Below are positions 1-9,589 of a DNA stretch of 64,000 nucleotides, one piece after another. The notes beneath the pieces are model-generated. The model made no database searches and was not told where the DNA came from. It saw only the letters and a program-made list of their open reading frames with translations. Each line of letters begins with the position of its first letter. Position 1 is the first letter of the stretch. The DNA is taken from the NCBI GenBank assembly GCA_017450215.1, contig JAFSVH010000063.1:5603-69602 (forward strand), written 5' to 3'. A program made the translations under genes and the position numbers. This DNA is from Bacilli bacterium (GTDB taxonomy: Bacteria; Bacillota_I; Bacilli_A; ML615J-28; CAG-698).

Positions 1-1340
1 AAGGGGCATTTATAATCAACATTACAACTATTATGTCTTATCTTTTTAGTTTTCTTATTATTCCAAATCTTCTTCCAATCAAGTTCTAAAATATTACCTA
101 AAGGTTCATCGCTTAACCAACTTTGGCAAGGCACACAATCACCATTAGGTGCTATAGCCATATTAGATAAAGCTGCACCACATGAAGGTATGTTAATTTT
201 TAGTGAACTTAAGATTTTTTCATCAATCCAACCAGGACTTGTGAATTGAATATCGCATTCATTTTCTCTTGCATAAGCTAATGCTTTTATTAATTCATCT
301 AATAATTCATTAGATGCTAATCTATTTTCCCTACTTCTTGATTTAACTGCATTACCACTAATAATTAACCCAGAACAAGTGAAATAAGATATTCCTAATT
401 CTTCATGGCAATATTTAACTAATTTTACATAATCCTTATTCAAAGTACATAATGGAGTATTAATACTAACATTAAGCTTATTCTTAATAGCATTCTTAAT
501 TCCTTCTATTGTATCTTTAAAATGTGAAGTACCAACTAAAATATTGTGAATTGCTTCATCAGATGAATATAAAGTGATTTGTACACTATCTAAGCTAGCT
601 TCATATAATTCTTTGCATAATGAATCATTTAGTAATACACCATTAGTATTAAGTCTTGTAATAAACCATTCACTTTTCTTCACTAACTCAACTAAATCAT
701 CTCTCAATGTAGGTTCACCACCTGTAAAAGTGATTTGAGGAATTCTAGCTTCTTTTAGTTTTTCAATTATTCTAATCCATTCTTCAGTTGATAATTCTTT
801 AGTGTTAGCTTCCGTTTGACTCCCTGCATAGCAATGAATACATCTTTGATTACAATTAAAGCTTCCATCTTTTTTCATTGATGAAATCATCAAATCCATT
901 CTATGTGGACTAGACATATATCGAGCATAATCTTTTAATCTCATAAAAGCTATGCCACCCACTGTATCGCCTTTACAAATAGCTATGAACGTACTGATTA
1001 TCTCCTTCATATCGCGTACTACCATAGCATCTTTCGTGTTTTTACCAAACACTTCAACAATCTTCCCACTAACTTTTTTAATGATGTCCTCTATTCCTAC
1101 ATCATTAATAACATTACCATCTTTAGTTGCTTCATTGATAAATTCTCTTAAAAGAATCGCCCAAGAAAAGCCAATTGGCAAAATATAACTACCGTTAAGC
1201 AAAACAATCCAAGCAATATTAGGTTTAATTCTTTTAGGTGGAATCAAATGAATTCTTACTACTCCAGGCCCTTTAGGATCTAAAGTAATATGACTTATTC
1301 CATCAATTTCTTTAATATATTTTCTTAATTTTTCATTCAT
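1..1340 (-). CDS. Radical SAM protein with SPASM/Twitch domain and PqqD/RRE-like N-terminal extension; 3' end runs off the window
   Basis: Absent from the ORF track because its stop is outside the window. My translation from ATG 1340 is open for 446 codons and contains FNCNQRCIHCYAG (CxxxCxxC), FTGGEP, LNTNG and C-terminal SCGAALSNMAIAPNGDCVPCQSW...LGNI...KIWN. Confidence 0.9.
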   Translation of the reverse strand, partial: MNEKLRKYIKEIDGISHITLDPKGPGVVRIHLIPPKRIKPNIAWIVLLNGSYILPIGFSWAILLREFINEATKDGNVINDVGIEDIIKKVSGKIVEVFGKNTKDAMVVRDMKEIISTFIAICKGDTVGGIAFMRLKDYARYMSSPHRMDLMISSMKKDGSFNCNQRCIHCYAGSQTEANTKELSTEEWIRIIEKLKEARIPQITFTGGEPTLRDDLVELVKKSEWFITRLNTNGVLLNDSLCKELYEASLDSVQITLYSSDEAIHNILVGTSHFKDTIEGIKNAIKNKLNVSINTPLCTLNKDYVKLVKYCHEELGISYFTCSGLIISGNAVKSRSRENRLASNELLDELIKALAYARENECDIQFTSPGWIDEKILSSLKINIPSCGAALSNMAIAPNGDCVPCQSWLSDEPLGNILELDWKKIWNNKKTKKIRHNSCNVDYKCP

Positions 1341-1374
1341 AAAAAAACACTTAATATTTATATAATAATTATAT

Positions 1375-2205
1375 TTATATCTTATATAAATATCTCTTTC
1401 TTCTCACAAAATAGCATAAATAATCAAAGCCTTCTTCTTTGATTATTTGTTTATAATAATCAAAATTTGATTCATATCTTTTTAATTCATGAGCATCACT
1501 AGATAGTGTTAATAATTTACCACCACATTTTTTATATAAACGAAGCAAATAACGCACATGTTCATCATCATTAATTGCTTCTTGCACCTTAGTATTAATT
1601 TCTAATGCTTTATCTTTTTCAATTAATGATTTAAATATTCTAATTAAATAATCTTCATATTTATCAATTTTCACATCATTATTATTCATTTTAATGGTCT
1701 TAAATGCATAATCAATATGACAAAGGCAATCAAAATCCATCTCATTAATAGCATCAAGCTCCATATTAAAATAAATCTTCATGATTTCATCAAGTCCATA
1801 TTTCTCATAATTATCATAGAAATAGAAATCTACATCTTTGTAATCATGAACACTTAAATTGATTAAATCAAAATCATTATCATTAAGTATTTTATTAATT
1901 CTATCTTGATAATCTAAATTATCTTTAGTTTTATATCCAACTTCAATTCCAAGTAATAATTCAATATCATTATCTTTATATTTTGTCTTCTTTAAGAAAT
2001 CTAAATATTTCCTTTGTTCTTTATAATCAGCAATCCAATCAATATGTGAATCATTGATGTTAAAATCAAGATGATCAGTTGTAATATAATATTTGCAACC
2101 TAATTCAATTGCCTTATCAATATAAAAAGATAATTCTTGCTTTGAATCACTCGAAAAAGATGAATGGACATGCTGATCATGTAAAGCAAAATCCATTATA
2201 AACAC
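1375..2205 (-). CDS. PHP-family phosphatase, histidinol-phosphatase HisJ/HisK-like
   Basis: DQHVHSSFSSDS, TTDHLD, GIEVG, LSVH, HIDY, LEINT and SSDAH motifs; likely start ATG 2196. Confidence 0.85.
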   Translation of the reverse strand: MFIMDFALHDQHVHSSFSSDSKQELSFYIDKAIELGCKYYITTDHLDFNINDSHIDWIADYKEQRKYLDFLKKTKYKDNDIELLLGIEVGYKTKDNLDYQDRINKILNDNDFDLINLSVHDYKDVDFYFYDNYEKYGLDEIMKIYFNMELDAINEMDFDCLCHIDYAFKTIKMNNNDVKIDKYEDYLIRIFKSLIEKDKALEINTKVQEAINDDEHVRYLLRLYKKCGGKLLTLSSDAHELKRYESNFDYYKQIIKEEGFDYLCYFVRRKRYLYKI

Positions 2206-2210
2206 CTTTC

Positions 2211-3158
2211 TTAAATTAAATTAAATGGAGAACCAGCTAAATTGAATATTTTATCTTTTGCTTCTTCTAAAAGTTCAATATAATCTATGTCAAATTCTTC
2301 TCTAATCATTTCAAATTCTGCATCAATTCCAGGACCACAACTTGAAGATACAAGTCCATTAATATATTTAACTAAATAATATCTTTCACCATGCTTATTA
2401 TTCTTATATTTACAAATATAAGCATGATATAAATTCATTTCAACAAGTGGCTTCATAGCACTATAATATTTACTCATATCTAAATATTTATTAAAGATTG
2501 CTTCTTTATGTTCTAATGTAAGAATATTTTTTGAAGAAAAATCTTTAGATAAAATAGTTCTCAAATACATTGAAAGCATAATAAATGAATAAATAGGATT
2601 CATACAAAAATCATGCTCTAATACATATTTATATAATTTCATATCATCAATCATTGTAGTTTTAATTCTATAGCACTCAATCATGATGAATATTTTATAT
2701 ACATTAACATCTTCAATCTTATAAGCATCACTTAATATCTTCATCAATAATTTAGTATAACTATTTAAAGATATCTCTTTTCTTAAATAATTATATTTAT
2801 ATAAATGCATATCAATAAATCTATTGATTAAAGGATTATCATCACGATAACCATCAAATTTAGGAATCAAATCTTTAATCAAATCTAATCTATTCCGGTA
2901 AATATTATAAACTAATGATAGAGTTCCAGGATCCTTTGATCTCTTCTGAGAATATGTTAAAATGATGAGTTCAAACAAAGAAACATTAAGTCGTTTCATC
3001 AATGTCTCTAAAGTATTGAATTTCATTGAATTCATTTCTTGCATATGTCTGTAATATGACCTAGGAGAAATAACACCAGCACACAATTCTTCAATCGTGA
3101 TTTTCCGTTTCTTCCTTATTTTTTCTATTTCTTCTAAAAAATTAATATTATTAGACAT
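2211..3158 (-). CDS. Rgg/MutR-like transcriptional regulator (XRE HTH plus helical C-terminal domain)
   Basis: N-terminal IRKKRKITIEELCAGVISPRSYYR...LMKRLNVSLFE; about 315 aa with a Tyr/Leu-rich helical remainder. Confidence 0.7.
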   Translation of the reverse strand: MSNNINFLEEIEKIRKKRKITIEELCAGVISPRSYYRHMQEMNSMKFNTLETLMKRLNVSLFELIILTYSQKRSKDPGTLSLVYNIYRNRLDLIKDLIPKFDGYRDDNPLINRFIDMHLYKYNYLRKEISLNSYTKLLMKILSDAYKIEDVNVYKIFIMIECYRIKTTMIDDMKLYKYVLEHDFCMNPIYSFIMLSMYLRTILSKDFSSKNILTLEHKEAIFNKYLDMSKYYSAMKPLVEMNLYHAYICKYKNNKHGERYYLVKYINGLVSSSCGPGIDAEFEMIREEFDIDYIELLEEAKDKIFNLAGSPFNLI

Positions 3159-4137
3159 AGCTAGACCTCCTTGTTAGTCTAGTTCTAATAAATTTATCAT
3201 TCTTTAATAATTCATAATATAATTCAATATCTTCTTTATATAAATCATATTTTCTTCCTGCCATAAATAATTCATTAGAATTAGAAATAATACTAGAAAC
3301 ATAATCAAAGATTATTGATTTATTAACAATACCTCTTCTTTTTATATAATGATATAACAATTCACACATCATAACATTATATGGCGAAAGTTGAATCTTA
3401 TCATGAAATTCTATAACTTTTAAATAATATTCTCTAATTATAGCCATATCTTCTCTATTAATATTCTTTCTCATTATAAAGCAATATAAAATAGCATAAT
3501 ATACTAAATAATTAATAACTGAATTACGTATACCAATCACCATATGTTCTTTATCATTAATTAAAGAAATAATCTTCTTGCCAATCATCTCAAGTTCGGT
3601 ATCATTACATATTTTTAAATATATGATTAAAGATATAATATCTTCTGAATAGAGAAAACCACCTTTTCCAAATTCACTTAATTTAATAATACCTGATAAA
3701 ACTACTTTACAAGCATCTAAACTAATTTTATTATTTTGATAATCTAAATATGTTTTAGATACAAGGAAATCTTTTCTTTTAGATATTGTATTATTTCTAA
3801 CAGCAGAACCATCAAAATTATTAAATTCATCTTTTAATTTTTCATAATAATAATTGGCTTTATTAAAATTATTAAACAAAGTACAAATAACACAATTCTC
3901 AAAATCAATATTTTCTAATCTTTCAATAGAATTAGCATACATGCAAAAATCTTCAAAAGGAGTACCAAGATTATCTAACATACCAAGTAAATTATCTATG
4001 CTAATATCTAATTCACTATTAACTAATCTATTATAATTTCTAGGAGACATAACACCATTAGTCATTTTAGTTATAGATATATGTTTAGAAATTCTCAATT
4101 GTTCTAAAATACGTATAACGTCATTATTTGTAATCAT
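3151..4137 (-). CDS. Rgg/MutR-like transcriptional regulator, paralog of 2211..3158
   Basis: LRISKHISITKMTNGVMSPRNYNR...MLDNLGTPFEDF; overlaps the next gene by 8 bp. Confidence 0.7.
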   Translation of the reverse strand: MITNNDVIRILEQLRISKHISITKMTNGVMSPRNYNRLVNSELDISIDNLLGMLDNLGTPFEDFCMYANSIERLENIDFENCVICTLFNNFNKANYYYEKLKDEFNNFDGSAVRNNTISKRKDFLVSKTYLDYQNNKISLDACKVVLSGIIKLSEFGKGGFLYSEDIISLIIYLKICNDTELEMIGKKIISLINDKEHMVIGIRNSVINYLVYYAILYCFIMRKNINREDMAIIREYYLKVIEFHDKIQLSPYNVMMCELLYHYIKRRGIVNKSIIFDYVSSIISNSNELFMAGRKYDLYKEDIELYYELLKNDKFIRTRLTRRSSYV

Positions 4138-4169
4138 AATCTTTTTTTCCTTTTTAGATTTTTAAATTA

Positions 4170-5702
4170 TTATTGTTTTATATCTTGTTTCTCTGTTTTT
4201 TGTTTACCTTGTGTTTTTTCTTTTTTAAAAGCATTAGAATTATAGTGATGCTTTCGTGTATTATTCACATAATTCTTATTATTAAATGCTTTATTGGGAT
4301 TTGCATTTTTATTAATATTTTCTTCATTATTATTCTTTCCACTAGCAATATCATAAATAGTATTTGTAATATAGAATACTTTCTCTGCAGCGTACATTTC
4401 AAAAGCTTCATCAATAAAAATATTATTTTTAATAATATCTTCAGCAACCTTTAAATCACCTTCAATATTATATCCTTCCCTAGATTCTTTTGATGCATTA
4501 GCATAATTCGTATTATGTAATCGCATTAATTTAGCTCTTAACACTCTTAATTTCATCACACGATGCTTAACAATCATTATATTCTTTTGCTCTAATTCAT
4601 TCATTACTTTTATGTCGTCATCAATAAGCTTTATAGCCTCATTAATGATACTTTCTTTTTCACTAAAATTATACTTTTTAAAATTTAAAGCCAAAATATT
4701 ATGATATATTTTATTAGTATCATAACCTAGACGCATTTCATAATAGAAACCTTTTCTTTGAGAATTTTTAAAATAATAATCTTTAAATTCCTTCTCATCT
4801 AATAATTTATAACCTTTATTCATATATTCTAAAGATTCTTTATTATCATTTCTAAATGTATAAAAAGTCGTAGATAAATGTCTATATGCTCTTATTATCA
4901 ACATCTTAGCACTATAAATATCATCTAATTTTTTAGGATCAATTGCTTTAATCTTTTTATTAAGAAGGTTTATTCCTTCTTTGATCTTTTCTTCTCCTTT
5001 TTTATATTTATATTTCATAATATAACTATAACCGATTAAATCAATATATCCTTTTATTACATCATCTAAATTATCTGAATATTTAACTACAAATTCACCT
5101 AATTTAATTCTTGTATCATAATTTTCAAAATGAAGTAAAGATCTTTCCATACTCATTATTTCTTTACATAATTGTTGACTAGCTTTATAGCAAATTTCTT
5201 TTTTATGTTCACTATTTTTTTCTTTAGAAAAATCTTTATTAGTTTTTTTAATTATCTTATTAATGGCTATACTTTCAGCATGCTTCTTAATTGCAAAACT
5301 CTTATTGATATGTTCATTATCAACTTCTTTCTTGTTTTCTTCCTTTTTTACATCCTCAAAACCACTAGCATCTTTTACTATATCATCAATAATATCATCT
5401 AAAACATTAAGAGCACTTTTATTATTTATTTTCTCAATTTGTTTAGACATTTTTTTAACTAGTTTCCTTAATTTTCTAAAGTACAAAAATGAAGCAGTAA
5501 TAATCCTAGTTCCTCTAGTTCTTTTATTAATTATTATCCACCTAACTATAGTATATATAGCTATGAGAGCAATTAACAAAGCAAATATATAAGTTAAAAC
5601 CTTAGTTTCCTGCTTGACAAAGGCAGCTGCAATACCTAAAATCGATGCAACAATTGTTGGTAATTTTTCAATTATACTTTTCCAATTCACATTCACAATC
5701 AA
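4170..5702 (-). CDS. Hypothetical protein with two N-terminal TM helices and a helical (TPR-like) remainder
   Basis: 510-aa ORF with two hydrophobic segments in the first 60 aa; overlaps the upstream stop by 4 bp. Confidence 0.6.
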   Translation of the reverse strand: MIVNVNWKSIIEKLPTIVASILGIAAAFVKQETKVLTYIFALLIALIAIYTIVRWIIINKRTRGTRIITASFLYFRKLRKLVKKMSKQIEKINNKSALNVLDDIIDDIVKDASGFEDVKKEENKKEVDNEHINKSFAIKKHAESIAINKIIKKTNKDFSKEKNSEHKKEICYKASQQLCKEIMSMERSLLHFENYDTRIKLGEFVVKYSDNLDDVIKGYIDLIGYSYIMKYKYKKGEEKIKEGINLLNKKIKAIDPKKLDDIYSAKMLIIRAYRHLSTTFYTFRNDNKESLEYMNKGYKLLDEKEFKDYYFKNSQRKGFYYEMRLGYDTNKIYHNILALNFKKYNFSEKESIINEAIKLIDDDIKVMNELEQKNIMIVKHRVMKLRVLRAKLMRLHNTNYANASKESREGYNIEGDLKVAEDIIKNNIFIDEAFEMYAAEKVFYITNTIYDIASGKNNNEENINKNANPNKAFNNKNYVNNTRKHHYNSNAFKKEKTQGKQKTEKQDIKQ

Positions 5703-6826
5703 TACTCACTTTCTTCGTATGACTTAATTAAATTAACAATATCAATTTTTCTATTATTTTCAAGCACACGAATCCTTTTATTTTTCAATTCATCACTAGA
5801 TGTAGCTACAATATAACCTCTACCAGTATTTTGAATCATAGGATAATCATTCATAGAATCACCTACACCTATACTAGCACGATAATATTTACCCATAAGT
5901 TCACTAATTCTCACAACACTCTTTCCTTTGTGTTGATCATGTCTTAATATTTCATAACATTGATATGCTGTTCTAACAGTAATTAAACCATCATATTTAG
6001 AAACAATATTCTCAACTTTATCTTCTAATTCTTTTTGCTTTTCACTTCCATCATCATTAATGAATAATAAGATCTTTACTACTCTATTAAAATCTACTTC
6101 TTTAAAGCTATCATCTAAGAATAATTCATTGTATTTTTCAAGCATTCCTCTACTATAATCATCAAGTGGAACTACTAGCTTAATACAATCTTCGTAATAA
6201 GCAATATAAACACAATCAATACCCTTTAAATCATCAAGAATACCTTTACTAACATTACCTAATTTATTAAGTAATTCATATTTACCATCTTTACATATTA
6301 CTGATCCATTAAGACAAGAATAATAATTATTTTGTAAACCTAATTCTTCAATTACATTTTCAATAGATTTAGCTACCTTACCAGTAGAAAGAATAATATT
6401 CTCTTTATTAGGTAAATTCTTAATATATTTAATCTTCTCTTTACTTAATTTACCATAATCAGTCAATGTATTATCTACATCAATAAAATAAAGTGGTCTA
6501 TGCTTATAAATAAGATAATGAGTAAAATCACTATCAATTTGTCTAAAATATGCATAATGCTCTGTGATATATGCATCACTGCCTACTAAATCTTGTACTC
6601 TACAATTATTACCTTCATTGTCAATATGCGAATAAATATATTGCAAAATGAATTTTGTAAATTCAAAAGCACCAATAGATTCAATAGTAGTTTCAAGTCT
6701 ATTTTTATCTCTTAAAACATCAAAAAAGCATTCCCATTGTTCTTCTGTATATATATCATCATATTTAGAATAATATTTTAATTCTTTAATTATCTTTGCT
6801 CTTCTAATTTTAGTTAATTTAATCAT
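5699..6826 (-). CDS. Cof-type HAD hydrolase (subfamily IIB) with about 110-aa N-terminal extension
   Basis: FIDVDNTL (motif I), LSTGK (II), HKGK (III), GVGDSMNDYPM (IV). Confidence 0.85.
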   Translation of the reverse strand: MIKLTKIRRAKIIKELKYYSKYDDIYTEEQWECFFDVLRDKNRLETTIESIGAFEFTKFILQYIYSHIDNEGNNCRVQDLVGSDAYITEHYAYFRQIDSDFTHYLIYKHRPLYFIDVDNTLTDYGKLSKEKIKYIKNLPNKENIILSTGKVAKSIENVIEELGLQNNYYSCLNGSVICKDGKYELLNKLGNVSKGILDDLKGIDCVYIAYYEDCIKLVVPLDDYSRGMLEKYNELFLDDSFKEVDFNRVVKILLFINDDGSEKQKELEDKVENIVSKYDGLITVRTAYQCYEILRHDQHKGKSVVRISELMGKYYRASIGVGDSMNDYPMIQNTGRGYIVATSSDELKNKRIRVLENNRKIDIVNLIKSYEESEY

Positions 6827-6850
6827 ATCTTCACCTATTAATTATTATAA

Positions 6851-6910
6851 TAATTTATTATTTTATAATTTATTATTTTATAATTTATTATTTTATAATT
6901 TATTATTTTT
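6851..6910. repeat. 15-bp tandem repeat, 4 copies (TAATTTATTATTTTA), spanning the galE stop
   Basis: Read directly; on the minus strand it repeats AAT AAT AAA TTA TAA (N-N-K-L-stop). Confidence 0.9.
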
Positions 6911-7903
6911 CTTTTCAAAATTATATGAACTTCTACACATCTCATCAAGATCTCTTGTACACTTAAAACCAATTTCATCTTCTGCTTTCTTTGGTGATGC
7001 ATAGCATGTATCAATATCTCCTTCTCTTCTTGGAGCTATTTCATATTTTATTTTCACATTATTTACTCTTTCATATGCTTTCACAATCTCTAATACAGAA
7101 TAACCATTTCCAGTACCTAGATTATATATATTAAGTCCCTTTAAGTGCTTTAAAGCACATAAATGGCCATAAGCTAAATCACATACATGAATATAATCTC
7201 TAACTCCAGTTCCATCAACAGTATCATAATCATTACCAAATACGAATAATTTCTCTCTTTTTCCTGTTGCAACTTGATTAATATATGGCATTAAATTATT
7301 AGGGATACCATTAGGTACTTCACCAATCAAGCCAGACTCATGTGCACCAATTGGATTAAAATATCTAAGTAAAGTAATATCCCAGCTACTATCACTCTTA
7401 TATAAATCTTTTAATATATTTTCAATATATAATTTAGTTTTACCATAAGGATTAGTTGGTTCATTCAATTTAAAACCCTCTTCAATTGGGAATTTATCTT
7501 GTTTACCATAAACTGTAGCAGATGATGAAAATATAATCTTTTTCACATCATTTTTCTTCATCACCTTAATTAAATTAAGTGTACTTAATATATTATTATA
7601 ATAATATTCAATTGGCTTCATTGTGCTTTCTCCAACTGCCTTAAGACCAGCAAAATGAATAACAGCATCAATTTTATTTTCATTAAAGAGTTTATCAACT
7701 AATGTTTCATCACATAAGTCATATTGATAAAATTTTACTTTTTTACCTGTTATTTTATATATTTTATCTAAAACATCAATTTTTGAATTAGACAAATTAT
7801 CAACAATGATAACTTCATAATCATTGTTAAGCATCTCTACAACTGTATGAGATCCAATATATCCAGTACCACCAGTTATTAATACAGCCATTATGTCCTC
7901 CAT
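6893..7903 (-). CDS. galE: UDP-glucose 4-epimerase
   Basis: GGTGYIGSH, HFAGLKAVGES, FSSSATVYG, PYGKTK, LRYFNPIGAH, GVRDYIHV; likely start ATG 7891 after GGAGG. Confidence 0.97.
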   Translation of the reverse strand: MEDIMAVLITGGTGYIGSHTVVEMLNNDYEVIIVDNLSNSKIDVLDKIYKITGKKVKFYQYDLCDETLVDKLFNENKIDAVIHFAGLKAVGESTMKPIEYYYNNILSTLNLIKVMKKNDVKKIIFSSSATVYGKQDKFPIEEGFKLNEPTNPYGKTKLYIENILKDLYKSDSSWDITLLRYFNPIGAHESGLIGEVPNGIPNNLMPYINQVATGKREKLFVFGNDYDTVDGTGVRDYIHVCDLAYGHLCALKHLKGLNIYNLGTGNGYSVLEIVKAYERVNNVKIKYEIAPRREGDIDTCYASPKKAEDEIGFKCTRDLDEMCRSSYNFEKKNNKL

Positions 7904-7966
7904 TTATTATAAATCTATATAATATATATATTCATATTTTACCATACATAACTTGATAACACAAAT

Positions 7967-7999
7967 AAAAAAGCAGTGCTAAAGGGGAAACACTGCCTT
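7967..7999 (-). terminator. Intrinsic terminator after the aminotransferase
   Basis: GCAGTG/CACTGC stem followed by a U-tract on the minus strand. Confidence 0.55.
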
Positions 8000-8119
8000 C
8001 TTACTAAAAATAATTTAAATATTCTTAAAAAGCTATATTTATAATATATTTTAAGTAACAAAATTAATAGTAATTAAATAATAAATAATGATTGATAAAT
8101 AAATTATATAAATCATATA

Positions 8120-9412
8120 TTATTTATTATTATATAAATATTTAGCACTCTCAAGCTTAACACTTAGAGTTAATATTTCACAAGCAACTTTAAGGTCATC
8201 TAAAGCTGGGAAAGATGGAGCAATTCTAATATTAGAATTGTCTGGGTCTAAATGATATGGATAAGCTGATCCAGCAGGAGTTAAAGTTAAGCCTAAATCC
8301 TTACAATCTTTAACTACGAATGAAGCAACAGGTTCCCTACAATATAAGCTGATGAAATAACCACCATGTGGTTTTGTCCACCATGCTATATCAAGATCAC
8401 TTAAATTCTTATCAAATTCATCTAATACTAATTCAAATTTAGGTCTTAAGATATTAGCATGTAATTTCATTTGCTTCTTAACACCATCTAAATTCTTAAA
8501 GAAACGAACATGACGAAGTTGATTAACTTTGTCAAAACCAATTGTTTCTATTCCCATTTGGTTTTCTATTTCTTCAATATTTCTATCACTTGTAGCAAGT
8601 GCTGCAATACCACTACCAGGGAAAGTGATTTTAGATGTTGAAGTGAATTTATATACTAAATCAGGATTTCCAGCTTTTTTACATTCATCTAATATTTCAA
8701 GTAAGAAATCTTGATTATCATCATATAAATGATGAACAGAATAAGCATTATCCCAATAAATTCTAAAATCTTTAGCAGCTGGTTTTAAATTAGCAAATCT
8801 TTTTACTACTTCTTCACTGTAAGTTGTACCATCTGGATTAGAATATTTAGGTACACACCAAATACCTTTAACCATTTCATCTTTGATTAATTCTTCTACC
8901 ATATCCATATCAGGTCCATCTGAATTCATTGGAATGTTAATCATTTCAAAACCAAAATATTCAGTGATAGCAAAATGTCTATCATAACCTGGAACTGGAC
9001 ATAACCATTTAACTGGTTTATCTAATTTACACCAAGGTTTTTCTCCTAATACACCATGAGAATAAGATCTAGATATACATTCATACATTACATCAAGAGA
9101 TGAATTACCATAGATAATAATGTTCTTAGATGGAACTTCAATAATATCACCTAATAATCTCTTACATTCTTCAATTCCACCAAGCACTCCATAATTTCTA
9201 CAATCTATTCCATCTTCACAATTCAAATCAGCACTTGAATTCAAAACATCCATCATAGCCATTGATAAATCTAATTGTTCTTTGCAAGGTTTACCTCTTG
9301 CCATATTTAGTTTCAAATTCATGCTTTTATATTTATCATATTCTTTTTCTAATTTTTCAATTTCAAGATTAAGTTCTTCTTTCGAACATAATTGATATTT
9401 TTTCATTATCAC
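8120..9412 (-). CDS. PLP-dependent aminotransferase class I/II (putative aspartate aminotransferase family)
   Basis: LNMARGKP, RNYG, PVPGYDRHF, VPKYSNPDG, WDNAY, STSKITFPG (PLP lysine), NIRIAPS. Confidence 0.9.
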   Translation of the reverse strand: MIMKKYQLCSKEELNLEIEKLEKEYDKYKSMNLKLNMARGKPCKEQLDLSMAMMDVLNSSADLNCEDGIDCRNYGVLGGIEECKRLLGDIIEVPSKNIIIYGNSSLDVMYECISRSYSHGVLGEKPWCKLDKPVKWLCPVPGYDRHFAITEYFGFEMINIPMNSDGPDMDMVEELIKDEMVKGIWCVPKYSNPDGTTYSEEVVKRFANLKPAAKDFRIYWDNAYSVHHLYDDNQDFLLEILDECKKAGNPDLVYKFTSTSKITFPGSGIAALATSDRNIEEIENQMGIETIGFDKVNQLRHVRFFKNLDGVKKQMKLHANILRPKFELVLDEFDKNLSDLDIAWWTKPHGGYFISLYCREPVASFVVKDCKDLGLTLTPAGSAYPYHLDPDNSNIRIAPSFPALDDLKVACEILTLSVKLESAKYLYNNK

Positions 9413-9530
9413 AATACCCTTCTTTTAATTATTTACATTATACATTAATTGATTTTTCAAATCAATATAATACTTTTGTTTTGCCAATGAAAACCTTTAC
9501 TTTCGCAATTTTAAAAATTACAAAATAGAA

Positions 9531-9577
9531 AAAAGTCGTAAAACATCATAATGTTTTACATCATAATGTTTTACGAC
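9531..9577 (-). terminator. Terminator hairpin containing an internal 15-bp tandem duplication
   Basis: GTCGTAAAACAT (9535-46) pairs with ATGTTTTACGAC (9566-77); CATCATAATGTTTTA occurs at 9544 and 9559. Confidence 0.7.
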
Positions 9578-9589
9578 CATAATTATCAA

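Noticed and set aside
952-1188. Plus-strand 78-aa ORF as a RiPP precursor
   Set aside because: It is antisense shadow inside the radical SAM gene, with no RBS
8120-9412. Aminotransferase as the missing sugar aminotransferase for CapD
   Set aside because: Class I/II motifs rather than DegT/DnrJ, and it is outside the glycan operon
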